Shown piece after piece: positions 12,476 to 25,069 of a stretch of 64,000 nt of DNA. This stretch comes from Mobula hypostoma (taxonomy: Eukaryota): positions 93,436,001 through 93,500,000 of the forward strand of contig NC_086097.1 in assembly GCF_963921235.1 (NCBI RefSeq), in the 5' to 3' direction. Made by a program: the position numbers and the translations under genes. Position 1 is the stretch's first letter, and the number at the start of each line of letters is the position of its first letter. The notes under the pieces were generated by a model. The model was not told where the DNA came from, made no database searches, and saw only the letters and a list, made by a program, of their open reading frames with translations.

Positions 12476-13848
12476 ACCAGCCAGACACCCAGATCCCATT
12501 GTACTTCCCCTTTTCCTAACTTGACACCATTCAGATAGTAATCTGCCTTCCTGTTCTTGCCACCAAAGTGGATAACCTCACATTTATCCACATTAAGCTG
12601 CATCTGCCCACTCACCCAACCTGTCTAAGTCACCCTGTATTCTCATAACATCGTCCTCACATTTCACACTGTCACCCAGCTTTGTGTCATCTGCAAATTT
12701 GCAAATGTTACTTTTAATCCCTTCATCTAAATCATTAATGTATATTATAAATAGCTGCGGTCCCAGCACCGAGCCTTGCAGTACCCCACTAGTCACTGCC
12801 TGCCATTCTGATAAGGACCCGTTAATCCCTACTCTTTGTTTCCTGTCTGCCAACCAATTTTCTATCCATGTTAGTACCCTACCCCCAATACCATGTGCTC
12901 TAATTTTGCCCACTAACTTCCTATGTGGGACCTTATCAAAGGCTTTCTGAAAGTCCAGGTACACTACATCCACTGGCTTTCCCATGTCCATTTTCATAGT
13001 TACATCCTCAAAAAATTCCAGAAGGTTAGTCAAGCATGATTTCCCCTTCGTAAATCCATGCTGACTCGGACCTATCCTGCTACTGCTATCCAAATATGCC
13101 GATATTTCATCTTTTATAATTGACTCCAGCATCTTTCTTAAAAAGTGGGATAACATTAGCGACCCTCCAATCCACAGGAACTGATCCTGAATCTATAGAA
13201 CATTGAAAAATGATTACCAATGTGTCCACAGTTTCTAGAGCCACCTCCTTAAGTACCCTGGGACGCAGACCATCAGGCCCTGGGGATATATCACCCTTCA
13301 GTCCCATCAGTTTACCCAACACCATTTTCTACCTAATGCGAAGTTCCTTCAGTTCCTCCGTTACCCTAGGTCCTCTGGCCACTATTACATCTGGGAGATA
13401 GTTTGTGTCTTCCCTAGTGAAGACAGATCCAAAGTGCCTGTTCAGCTCGTCTGCCATTTCCTTGTTTCCCATAATAATTTCACCCGTTTCCGTCTTCAAG
13501 GGCCCAACTTTGGTCTTAACTAATTTTTTCCTCTTCATATACCTAAAGAAGTTTTTACTATCCTCCTTTATATTCTTGGCTAGCTTACCTTCGTACCTCA
13601 TCTTTTCCCCCCGTATTGCTGTTTTAGTTATCTTCTGTTGCTCCTTAAAAGTCTCCCAATCCTCTGGCTTCCCGCTCATCCTTGCTATTCTATATTTCCT
13701 CTCTTTTATTTTTATACTGTCCTTGACTTCCCTTATCATCCACGGTTGCCCCTTACTCCCCTTAGAATCTTTCTTCCTCTTTGGAATGAACTGATCTTGC
13801 ACCTTCTGTATTATTCCCAGAAATACCTGCCATTGTTGTTCCAATGTT
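12476..13848 (-). mobile_element. Young CR1 LINE internal fragment (RT plus upstream linker)
   Basis: ORFs 12593..13156 (QHGFTKGKSC, YLDFQKAFDKVPH, GVLQGSVLGP, KFADDTK), 13107..13325 and 13329..13859. Confidence 0.95.
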
Positions 13849-15288
13849 ACAGGTGGCATTTGAGTAGTAAGAGTGTCAGGGACTGACAGACTTCAAGAAT
13901 AGCTTGTGATTCAGGCTGAGCTGCAAATTCTGAAGGGGCATGGCACTTAACATAACAGCAGTTCATTCCCCAGGCTTCTCGATGCCTACAATCCTATAAG
14001 ATGCTGTTCAGTGATAATGCCACTGAATATCAAGGATAGGTGAATTTGTATGCATCCTTGCAACCAACTCCCTCTATATCATCTTTGAGGTCACCATTGA
14101 TCCAGAACTCGGTTAGACCAACCTCATAAACTTCCTTTAATAGTTGAAGAGCAGGTCACACACTGGGAATCCTGAAATGAGTGACTCATCTAATGTCTCA
14201 TAATCTTTCCACATCTGTGAGACCTGAGTGAGAAATGTGATGGAATATTATCTTCATGCCTGGTTAAGTGTACCTCCATCAACTACAAATGCTCAACACT
14301 ATCAATAACAAATTAGCCTCTTAATTGGCACTCCATCCATCACCTGTCAAACATTGATTCACTAGTATGCAATGGCTGTAGTGTGTGCCATCTACAAAAT
14401 GTACTGCAGTTACTCATATTGGTCACTCTAACAGCACCTCTCAAATCCAAACGCCTCTGCCTTTACCATCAAGAAGGATAAGGGCAACAAGTGATTGGTT
14501 ATCTCCTGTACTGTATTCTTTCCTGATTTGGAAATATATCACCATTTCTTCCTTTACACTAGAACTAATTATCGGGAGTCTCTATACAACTGCTCTGTGA
14601 GAGCTCCTTCATCAGAAGGGATTCAGTTGTATTAAATGTGGCTCAACATCACCTTCTCAATGATAGGCAATAAATGCTCACTTCATTCATGCCACTCATA
14701 ATATGAAAGGCGAATAAGCTCATTCTCAACTGACTGCAGAAAATTCGAAACACCACCAGTGAAAGGATGTCTTTTTTTGCATTTTCTTTATCAGAAACAA
14801 TCGCTGTTTTTTTTTGTTTTGTTTTAACAGGGTCTTCATTCAAAATTAATCTTGAATCTTTGCGTTTCTGTTTGGGTCAGTGTTAGGTTCCCGTATGCTT
14901 TTGGATGAGAATGTAGATGGCATTATGAGTAACTTTGCATATGATGCCAAAATTACTGGTATGTTAGTCAATAAAAAAGATTGTCTAAGGTGTCAAATGG
15001 ATCCAATCAACTAGGAAAGTTAGCAAAAGAATCGCATATTGGAATTTTAAGTCAGTCAAATGTGAAGACTTGCATTTTAGGAGGTTAATCATGGACAGGA
15101 CTTGCACAGTAAATGACAGAGCCCAAGGGAGTGTTGTAGAACAGAGAGACTTCGGGGTAAGAGTAAGTCAAGTTTTGAAAGTGGCAGCGTAAGGAGTCAA
15201 AGGGGAGAAGGCAAGCAGCCATACTGCTTCTTCATTGCAGAGGGCCTTGAGTACAGGAGTTGAGATGTCATATTACAGCTGTGTAGGA

Positions 15289-16046
15289 CAGTGGTTCCCA
15301 ACCACCGGGCCGCAAAACATGTGCTACCGGGCCATGAGGAAACGATATGAGTCAGCTGTACCTTTCCTCATTCCCTGTCACGCACTGTTGAACTTGAACA
15401 TAGGGTTGCCAACTGTCCCGTATATGCCGGGACATCCCGTATATTGGGCTAAATTGGTTTGTCCCATACGGGACCGCCCTTGTCTCGTATTTCCCCCCAC
15501 TAACGTAGAGCGGTCCTATGAAACCTTTCATGCCGAAATGGCGTGAAGCGAAGAAGCAATTACCATTAATTTATATGGGAAAAATTTTTGAGCGTCCCCA
15601 GGCCCAAAAAATAACCTAACAAATCATACCAAATATCACATAAAACCGAATATAAATAACGCTAACATATAGTAAAAGCAGGAATGGTATGATAATTACA
15701 CAGCCTATATAAAGTAGAGATAATGTATGTACAGTATAGTCGGGAAGATGAAGGCAAAACGGATTTGTGGGGGGGGGGAATCGGCATGTATGCGCATGCG
15801 CACACAGGTGCCCACGCAAGGTTTCATGGTCATGGTAGTCTTTCCTGGGGTAAAGTGTCCCGGGATTTGACTGCTACTTTTGTCCCTTCCTTGGGAGTGA
15901 GAAAGTTGGCAACCCTAACTGCAAAAGACATGTTGAGGTGAGTTTAACCCTACTTGAACAACCCCCCCACCACCCGTTTGGCTGGTCCGCAAGAATATTG
16001 TCAATATTAAACTGATCCGCGATGCAAAAAAGGTTGGGGACCCCTG
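15289..16046. mobile_element. hAT (Charlie-like) MITE inside a CR1 remnant
   Basis: TIRs cagtggttcccaacc / ggttggggacccctg; perfect 8-bp TSD gtgtagga (15281-88, 16047-54). Confidence 0.9.
15401..15952. mobile_element. Second hAT MITE nested in the first
   Basis: TIR tagggttgccaac with its complement gttggcaacccta ending at 15917 and a further aacccta ending at 15952; 8-bp duplication cttgaaca (15393-400, 15953-60). Confidence 0.75.
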
Positions 16047-16424
16047 GTGTAGGACATTGATACAATCTCATCTGGAATATTGCATACTGTTTTAGTCGCT
16101 ATACATAGGACGGATGTGATTAAGTTAGAGGGTGCAAAAATGATTCACTAGAGTATTGATTGGACTAGGTGGCTAGAGATACAAGGAGAGACTAGATAGG
16201 TCAGGGGTGTTGTCGGGAGTGAAGGGGGCTGAGGGGTGACCTAGATATTTATAAAATCAGAGCCATTGAAAAGGTGACTGGTCAGTTTTTTTCTAGGGTA
16301 GGGGAGTCTAAAACTAGAGTGCATAAATTTAAGGTGAGAGGGGTCGATTGATGGAATTTTTTTTTGCACAGTGAGTGGTGGTTATATGGAACAAGTAGTC
16401 AGGTGAGATGGTGGAAGCACTGGA

Positions 16425-17395
16425 ATTTTGGAATTTAGAATTGGTTTATTATTGTTACATGTATCAAGATACAGTGAAAAGTTTTTCCTGCATGTCGTTC
16501 ATACAGATCAAATCATTATACTGTGTGTTAAGATGGAAAAAGGTAAAACAATAACAATGCAGAATAAAGTGTAATACCTACAGAGAAAGTGAAAGCAGGT
16601 AAACAATAAGGCACAAGAATATAATGAGATTGATTGTAAGGTCAAAAAGTCCATTTTATCGTACTAGGGAACCAGTCTTACAGCACTGGGGCGTAAGCTG
16701 TCCTTAAAACTGACAGTACTTGCTTTCAGGGTTTTGTAACTTTGCCTGACATAAGAGGCAGAAAAGAAATAATGTCCAGTTTATGTAAGGTTTTTGATTA
16801 TGCTGGCTGTTTTACTGAAGTATAGACAGTCCATGGAGGGACTTTGCAGTTTCTTGCAGTCACGTACAAAGCAGTTGTATACCAAGTTGTTATGAATTTA
16901 GATAGGTTGCTCTCTATAATACATTGATGAAAATTGGTAAAGTTGGACAGAAAGATGTCAAATTTATTTAACCTCTTGAGGAAGTAGAGGCGTTGGTGAG
17001 CTGTCTTGGCCATGACATCTACATAGTTGGACTAGGACAGACCATTGGTGATGTACACTCCTGAGAACGTGAAGCTCTTAACCTTAATGCTGCTGATGTA
17101 GACAGCAGCATGTCCACTACCCCCCCACCCGCTTCCTGAAGTCAATGATCACTCTTTTGTTGGCATTGAGGGAAAGGTTGTCATGACTCCAATCAACTAA
17201 ACTACCTCTCTTGTACTCCAAATCATCATCATTTGAAGGACAGCCCACTATGGTAGGATCCTCTGAAAATTTGTAGATGAAATTAGAGCAGAATGCGGCC
17301 ATGAGTGTATAGGAGGCTGAGGAACCTTGTGGAGGACCAGGGGTAGAGGTGCTATCTTGACTGTTCTGCAGGAAATCAAGGATCCAGTTGCAGAG
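16425..17395 (-). mobile_element. Decayed Rex-like LINE 3' portion
   Basis: ORF 16798..17013 KTAHQRLYFLKRL and IYKFSEDPTIVG; aataaa plus microsatellite tail near 16430. Confidence 0.75.
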
Positions 17396-18100
17396 GTTGG
17401 TACAGTTACTCTATTTAAAATACATTTTGGCTGGTTTATAGGTAGGAAAGTTTAGAGGAATATGGATCAAATACTGGCGAATGGAATTAACTCAGTAAGG
17501 CATGTTCAAGTTGGCTGAGTGCCTATTTATGTTCTGTATAGTGCTAACTCTTAAGTTGATATTATAGTAGTATCTGAAATGAAGCTTCCACCCCAAACCC
17601 AATGGCACAAAGTTGAAGGGTCTGTGTATGTTGTTTAAGTTACAACTGTCTCCCACTCCCGTTCTCCTTTCAGCATCTCTCTTGGAAGGACAGGTTTTAC
17701 ATGTAGAAACTTTGGTGAAGGATTGTGCCTTGGTAGATACCTGACCTTGTAGCATTTCACAGCTCTCCATGAATCCTAGCAGCTTATCACTGCCTGAGCA
17801 ATCACGCATGAGCTTATCATTTGAATGAAATTTTTTTAAACAATGCAAAAACTGTTAATTCAGTATTTTAAAACAAAAACAGAAAATTCTCAAACTCAGC
17901 AGGTCAGGCAGCATCTTTGGAGGGAGTAACAGTTAATGCTTGAAGTCAAAGATTCTTTATCAGCATGAGGAAGGAAATGAAAACAAGTTAGTTTTTAAAT
18001 GCAAACACGAGGAAATCTGCAGGTGCTGGAATTTCAAGCAACACACACAAAAGTTGCTGGTGAATGCAACAGGCCAGGCAGGATCTCTAGGAAGAGGTAC

Positions 18101-18136
18101 AGTCGACGTTTCGGGCCGATACCCTTCGTCAGGACT
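18101..18136 (-). ncRNA. Minimal Penelope-type hammerhead ribozyme (inverted copy)
   Basis: Reverse strand reads AGUC-CUGACGA-A-GGGU-AUCG-GCCC-GAAAC-GUC-GACU. Confidence 0.8.
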
Positions 18137-18947
18137 AACTGAAAGAAGAGATAGTAAGAGATTTGAAAGTGGGAGGGGGAGATCCGAAATGATAAGAGAA
18201 GACAGGAGGGGGGAGGGATGGAGCCAAGAGCTGGACAGGTGATTGGCAAAAAGGATATGAGAGGATCATGGGACAGGAGGCCTAGGGAGAAAGAAAAGGG
18301 GGGGGGAGCCCAGAGGATGGGCAAGGGGTATAGTGAGGTGGACAGAGGGAGAAAAAGGAGAGAGAGAGAAAAAGAATGTGTGTATATAAATAAATAACAG
18401 ATTCTTCCCTTCCTCCACCATCAACTCTGCTCTCAAACGCATCTCCCCCATTTTACGCACATCTGCTCTCACTCCATCCTCCCGCCACCCCACTAGGAAT
18501 TCCACGTCCATTCCCATTCTGTTATGTCTATCCACGGCCTCCTCTACTGTAGAGATGAAGCCACACTCAGGTTAGAGGAACAACACCTTATATTCCGTCT
18601 GGATAGCCTCCAACCTGATGGCATGAACTTTGACTTCTCAAACTTCCGCTAATGCCCCACCTCCCCCTTGTATCCCATCTGTTATTTATTTATACACACA
18701 CATTCTTTCTCTCTCTCCCCTTTTTCTCCCTCTGTCCCTCTCACTATACCCCTTGCCTATCCTCTGGGCTTCCGCCCTCCCCCTTTTTTCTCCCTAGGCC
18801 TTCTGTCCCATGATTCTCTCACATCCCTTTTGCCAATCACCTGTCCAGCTCTTGGCTCCATTCCTCCCCCTCCTGTCTTCTCCTATCATTTCAGATCTCC
18901 CCCTCCCCCTCCCACTTTCAAATCTCTTACTAGCTCTTCTTTCAGTT

Positions 18948-18983
18948 AGTTCTGATGAAGGGTCTCGGCCCGAAACGTCGACT
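18948..18983 (+). ncRNA. Minimal Penelope-type hammerhead ribozyme
   Basis: AGUU-CUGAUGA-A-GGGU-CUCG-GCCC-GAAAC-GUC-GACU: core boxes, stem I, stem II and palindromic minimal stem III. Confidence 0.8.
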
Positions 18984-19566
18984 GTACCTCTTCCTAGAGA
19001 TGCTGCCTGGCCTGCTGCATTCACCAGCTAGTTTTTAAATGGCTCTTTTTTTCCCAGTCTTTAAACTGAAACACGAGCTGTTTTTCATTCTCCACAGAAA
19101 CTACCTAACCAGTATTTCCAACATTTACCATTTTTATTTGTGTTTAGCATCATGGGTCCAGGAAAATCTGTGCCTCTTAAATCCTTAGGTATTTTATAGT
19201 CTGCAACATGTTTCAGTTGTAAAATTCAGGACATTGTAATGGTAACATTAGCCAAACTAGGATGTGCTAATGTAAATAGACTCGAAAAAGAAATCAGGAA
19301 TGATCTGGGGCTCAAAGCTGATTTGAAAGGAATGGTGGTAATGCAATAGAAACATTTTTAACTTCATGCTTGCCCCAGTTTTCTTTATTATAACTGCTGG
19401 ATCAGATTTAAGAAAGTGTTAATTAAACCAAGGCAGTTTTTTTAAAAACACCTATCTTTTAAAATTTTCTCTGTCTCTTTAGGAGTTTCTCAGATTTTTC
19501 TGTTTCAATATTGTAAGTTTGATATGTTTGGTTTTCATCACAATCTTTGAATTTTTATTTATGCAG

Positions 19567-19633
19567 GATGCCCTACAGTCCCACCTGGTTGAAAAGGTGC
19601 CGGAAGAACAGAGCAATTCCATCTCTCAGATAG
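19567..19633 (+). CDS. MGA: MGA-family coding exon, 67 nt
   Basis: tttatgcag|GAT acceptor; DALQSHLVEKVPEEQSNSISQI resembles MGA EALDIHAVD; donor g|gtattt; phases 0/1 fit both neighbours. Confidence 0.85.
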
Positions 19634-21114
19634 GTATTTGCTACACCAAGTTTATTCTGTCTCTGCTGAACTGTGATACCATCTCTGCAAAGATCTCAAT
19701 GTTTTAATGTTATTTTTCCTACAATTTTCTGTTTTTGAAGAGAACTGCAAGACAGGTTAATACCAGAAATAACATGTATGTTTCAGCCTGTTCACCCAAC
19801 AGGAGCCCTGTAATATAGTTTGCTTATGGGAGAAATATATCCTTCCTTGGCTTTTGATTAGATTAAGTTGGCTTTTCACAACTAAGTGCAGCATTTGGCA
19901 TTATTGGACTTTTATTTCAAAATGTTAATCTTATATATATTTTCCTTTTCTTGAAAGCAAGGTTAAATTGAACTCGCAGCAAGTGGTAGCCAAAATACCA
20001 CTTGACCCCTATCACTGGACTTGGATGCTCTTTTGGAAACCAATGTGGTATTGGTACAGGACCTGATCCCTTATTGCCCCCCCGCCCCCCATGCGTATTG
20101 GGCCAGTGAGTTGAGGAGGTACCCTAGATGACCAAGCTGATGCTTATCACAAGGTGGTAAGGTTGGAACGTGCAGGGCTAGTCTACGATGTAGCACGATC
20201 TCTAAATAAAGAGCAAAAACTTGAAGCTTTACATGTGCTCCTTTCTCTGATGACCAGTTTGTCACTGTAGGTCTGCAGCAAAAACTCTGGATAAATCTTT
20301 GTATTCTTCCCTTCACAATTAGCTGGAGCTGTCTAGAGATTGGTGAATCAAGATGAAGTTCAGCAGGCGTTGTAGGAGATCTTATGTCAACTTCCCAAGC
20401 ATGGTCACTCAGGGAGGTTTATGCACTTGATGGAGAGTCAATACACAGGACAAAAACAGAAGGCCATCAGCTTCTGGCACAGATGGTAGCCACCTGACCA
20501 GGCAGCTCTACTCTGTCTGTCGCCACCTCAGAGAGCGAAGGTCTTGAGCAATCTAACATGGTATCAGATGATGGTTCATGGTACAGGCAGCCACCACACT
20601 GATCTAAATGCTGGTAGATGGGCTGCAGGGTCCAGGTGGTGCCACAGGGCCTTTTCAAATACCAGGCACAGCCAAGTCTTGTACTGATTGGTGCTAGGCT
20701 GATGCTTTTGACTGGAGCCTGGCTACTGAGCCATTGCTGGTGGCCCTTCATATATGTCAACATTGAGTTGGGTATTTAGAAAAGAAAACTTCAAAGTTCT
20801 CTGGCTTGTGTCAATTGTGCATCTGATTTTAACTTCACACCTACCAAATGTAAATCACTTAGTTGGTTAGCAACTAATTCTGTGAAAATGAAAGAATGTG
20901 CAAATGGAACCTATGCTATTGTGGAAGATGTATTGTCTCCTCCAGTTAAATACTGTATTCAAATTTCTGTGTTTGGATGCAATACTTGACAGCATATGTG
21001 CCTTAGCTATGTATGAACTTTCATACATCTACTAGGGTGGATGATCTAGGCAGTGCATTGTTGCTGAAAATTTAGATAATTCAAATTGTAATGTGGGTTC
21101 ATTTCTTTTCCAAT

Positions 21115-22065
21115 AGACCAAGACATAGGAGTAAATTTATGCCATTTGTCCATAGTGTGCTCTACCATGAGGTCATGGCTGACTTATTTTCTCCCTCAGT
21201 CCCATTTCCTGCCTTCTCCCTGTAGCATTTGACACCCTTACTAATCCAGACTTTATTAACCTCTCCTTAAAATATACCCAATGACTTGGCATCCACAACC
21301 ATCTGTGGCATTGAATTCCACAGATTTGCCACCCTCTGGCTAGAGAAATTCCTCCTCATCCTTCCAACAAGATGTCTTTCTATTGAGGCTATGCCCTCTG
21401 GTCCTAGACTGTCCCACTATTTGAAACGTCCTCTCCACATTCACTGTATATAGGCCTTTCAGTATTCAGAAGGTTTCGCCGAGATCCCTCCACCCTACCC
21501 CCCCCATTGTTCTAAACTCCAGTGAGTACTGGCCCAGAACCATCAAGTACTCTTCACATGTTAACCCTTGTGTTTCCAGGTTCATTCTCATAAGCCTCTT
21601 CTAGACCCTGTGCAATGGCAGCACATCGTTTTTTTAGATATGGGGTCCTGAACTGCTCACAATACTCCAAATGTGATCTGACCAATGTCTTATAAAGCCA
21701 CAGTAATACATCATTGCTTTTATATTTTAATTCCCTTGAAATGAATGCTAACGTTGCATTTGCCTTCCCTACTGATTTGACCTGCAAGTTAACCTTTTTA
21801 CGGAATCTTGCACAAGGACTCCTGAGTCCCTTTGCAACTCCAATTTCTGAATTTGCTCCCTGGGTTTAGAATATAGTCCACGCTTTTATTCCTTCTACCA
21901 AAATGCATGATCATACACTTTGCTGCACTGTATTCCATCTGTCACTTTGCCTACATTCCCATTCTAAGTCCTGCAGACTCTGCTTCCTCAACACTACCTG
22001 CTCGTCCACTTGGTATCATCTGCAGACTTGATCACAAAGCCTTCAGTTCCTTCATTCAGACCATC
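21115..22065 (-). mobile_element. CR1 3' fragment
   Basis: ORF 21554..21787 LYKTLVRSHLEYCEQF; tcttg/tatg tail at the left end. Confidence 0.8.
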
Positions 22066-22121
22066 TTCCCTCTCTATAATCATGGTCATTGATATCACTA
22101 TGCTTCCATTTTTTTAAGCAG

Positions 22122-22229
22122 ATCCTCAAGAAACTGAAGAAGAGAAAATTCAACGGCTGGAAGAGCAGCTGCTTAAGAACCTGTCTCATTTAAATCCCAG
22201 AGTTATTATGCATCCATTACTTGAACAAG
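22122..22229 (+). CDS. MGA: MGA-family coding exon, 108 nt
   Basis: tttttaagcag acceptor; DPQETEEEKIQRLEEQLLKNLSHLNPRVIMHPLLEQ resembles MGA RISQLEKELIEDLKTLRHKQVIHPGLQE; donor g|gtgagt; missed by the ORF track. Confidence 0.9.
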
Positions 22230-22449
22230 GTGAGTGTTTAATGTTACAAGGTTTGTTCGAATATGCTAATTTGTGAAAAAATTTAAAGATGTATCAAAGT
22301 GGTCTGATGAATTCAAATTTGTTAATTCCACTTTTATGGTCATTTTTCAAGCTGCAGTGTTTTTATGCAGAATGTAAAATGTGTGTCATAGCCTGATTGG
22401 TGTGTTCATTGTAAACCTCCTTATTAACTACACGTACTCTCTTCCACAG

Positions 22450-22599
22450 CTGGTCTTAAGCCAAGTTCCTTGCTGTCAACAGGCAGTCTGAACCTAAAAC
22501 ACTTAGGAGTGGTAATATCACCCTCAGCATCAATTGTTAGAACTGCTCAGAGAGACATCTTAAAACCTTCTCCAATCAGAGAAGTTCGTGATCCTTTAG
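22450..22599 (+). CDS. MGA: MGA-family coding exon, 150 nt
   Basis: cttccacag acceptor; GLKPSSLLSTGSLNLKHLGVVISP resembles MGA GLKLNSVDPTMSIDLKYLGVQLP; donor g|gtgagc. Confidence 0.9.
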
Positions 22600-24485
22600 G
22601 TGAGCAAACAAGCGCTTCAATGAGAAGTTTATGTCAATGCATGAAAGCAAGTTTGTCAACATGGAAGTTAGGGACCACGATCAAATGGACCATTTCTATA
22701 GATAATATTTCCCAAAGATAGTTACAAAATTAAATTTATATTTTTTCTGAAGAGTGTGATTCTAGTTTATAGATTAAATTGAAACAAACTTGTTTCTGAG
22801 ACTAAAAATTGAATGGGTGACAGAAATTTTAGAATAAATGAGAAGTTAAAGAGCAAGCTCTATTTAATCTATATTTGAGTTTTGTGTCAAATGATAACAG
22901 TAATTTTGAAACTGAGATAAGAAATTTTAAAAAAAACAAACATTACAATTTGTTTAATAAGATTTGATAATAAAGCTGGCCTTTTTTTATTTTAATGTAT
23001 AAGCTATAACCAAATAAATTTTTTAACAATCAAGCCAAAAAAAAGTCTTCTGTTGACTGAAACAGTGCTATTTCCCTACGTTATCCACTCAGAGATTCCA
23101 ATTCTTGACTAGAAATTGGATTGCTTGCTCTCAGTCTTTAGTGTTCCAAAGTGATGCCCAGGGCCTTGACGCATACATGGACAGCCCGACTTTCCACTAT
23201 CACACTCTTGTCTTGATTACTTCAACATGCTATTTAAAGAAGTAACCATATATGTAAAGATTAGATGCTGGTAGATTTCTTCGAGTGTTTTCAAGTTAAG
23301 TAAGTTTAGGCAGAGTGATAGAGGTGAAGGGCCTTTATACTGATGTCTCTCATGTGAATTGATTTGCACTTGGACAAGTATTTTTAACTGGGGTTCTCTT
23401 TGGAAAATGAAGTGTCAGGAATAATAGTCAAAAGGCAAAAAAAACTGGATAAATAATTTGAATAGGGAAGAGGAAAGGGTTATTCCCCTGTCTGGACTAT
23501 AGAAAAAAATTCTTTGTGGGATGTCCACTTATAATAAAGCCATGATTGCAAATGCAGAGCCAGGTATGTACCAACTGCCACTGATCCCCATAACAATGAG
23601 TTTTTATGCCATGGGATCCAGATAAGTTTTCAGTGTCTAATTTACTGCTCTGTTTTGAGCTGTCATCAGCTTGGGATTCCTATGCTTAAGTGGGAATTTT
23701 CAAAAGAGTTTTTGAGAGCAATTTTGAGTCTTTTCTTCTGCCCACCTGGTAATGATTTTTTGAAGTTTGGAGATCTGTTCACTGTCCTTAACAATGTTAA
23801 TTGTGCATCAGCTGTCCTTGTGTATATTTTCAAAGACTGGTTATTTTACACCTGTTAATAAAATATTGAACTGATGCAAAGACCTTTGGAGTAGTGCAAC
23901 AGTCACTGGAGTTGGTCATTTTCTGAATTTGAGTTGTAGGTGTCCAAGGTATGATCTCCCACACAAGTTGTTTGATTGCTTTAATGTACTCAAAATTTAC
24001 TGTTTTTATTATTTTCTTCAGGTAGAGATCTCTAGCATATCTAATCAGAAAGAATCAATCCCCTTTGATCTCATTGTTCCTGTGTTTTTTTGCCTTCCCT
24101 TCAGTTCCTTTAAGAGATCAATAATCCTGAAAGCTAACCATTCTTAGTTCATCTCCAGTAATAAACAAGTATTCTATATTTTGCTTGCCTTGCTCAGATA
24201 AATTCTGTTTCTTCAAAGGAGTGCAAAAGAATTGTATCTCTTCAGCCACATTTTCAGGAAGAATATGCTTCTCTCAGAACTGCTTGGCTTAACAGCAGTT
24301 GTTCTAAACCAGGGTTTTAAATAGGTAGTATATTATTTTGCCATAAAGCTTTAGTTTTAAACATTACATTTCCCTGTCTTTTAGTTTTATGGGTCATTAT
24401 TACTGCTGCACAATTTTAATAATTGAAATTGTTGTCCAATTCCAGTAAATCTTTAACTTTATTTAAATATGTGAATATTCTGCAG

Positions 24486-24602
24486 AAGACGTTTCCTTTG
24501 TTTCAAGAACAGGAAAAACAAATGACTTCACGAAGCTGAAGGGCTGGAAGCACAAGCTTGCACAACAGTCAGAGTCTTCTACTTCCAAGCAGGTTGAAGC
24601 AA
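24486..24602 (+). CDS. MGA: MGA-family coding exon, 117 nt
   Basis: ttctgcag acceptor; DVSFVSRTGKTNDFTKLKGWKHK is nearly identical to the MGA motif FVSRTGKTNDFTKIKGW; donor a|gtaagt. Confidence 0.93.
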
Positions 24603-25069
24603 GTAAGTTTATAAATTGTTGCTTGCCAATGACGGTGTGTAGTTGAGATAACTTTTAACTCACAATCAGGTGGGACAGATCACCCCATTCCAACATTTTA
24701 GCATCCAGGCAACAGATCTGAAAACTATGTGTGTTCCTTTCAGTTCTGAGTTACAAGGGCCTAAGCTACTGACTACTCTGACCCTTTCACCCTCTTTATT
24801 TCTCACCTCCTCTCTCCCACCTGTTGTCCTCCATATCAGCCTGAAGGGAAAAGGGAATTGCTAAGTTTACTTATTGGCTTTTAGTCTTTTGTTATGTTGT
24901 GTTGATGCTTACTTTGGGATGAGAACCTGCAGATACATTTAGCATGAAGAAAGTAGTCTGTACTTTAATTAGAAAGTAATCTATACTTTAATTCATAGAG
25001 TTTATTATTTTTTATTCATTAACAAAGCTTTCCCAGAGGTATTTCACTCAATATGCTCTACGACAATAA

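Larger units (their letters stand above)
18002..19028 (+). mobile_element. Penelope-like element with inverted pseudo-LTRs and an internally deleted RT/GIY-YIG remnant
   Basis: 13-bp TSD tagtttttaaatg (17989-18001, 19029-19041); arms ~18052-18401 and ~18677-19028 are reverse complements; spacer encodes GLLYCRDEATLRLEEQHLIFRLDSLQPDGMNFDFSNFR*, a PLE endonuclease C-terminus. Confidence 0.9.

Noticed and set aside
24596..24605. GC-AG donor gaa|gcaagt
   Set aside because: Would break frame with exon 25812; the canonical gtaagt 4 nt downstream keeps frame
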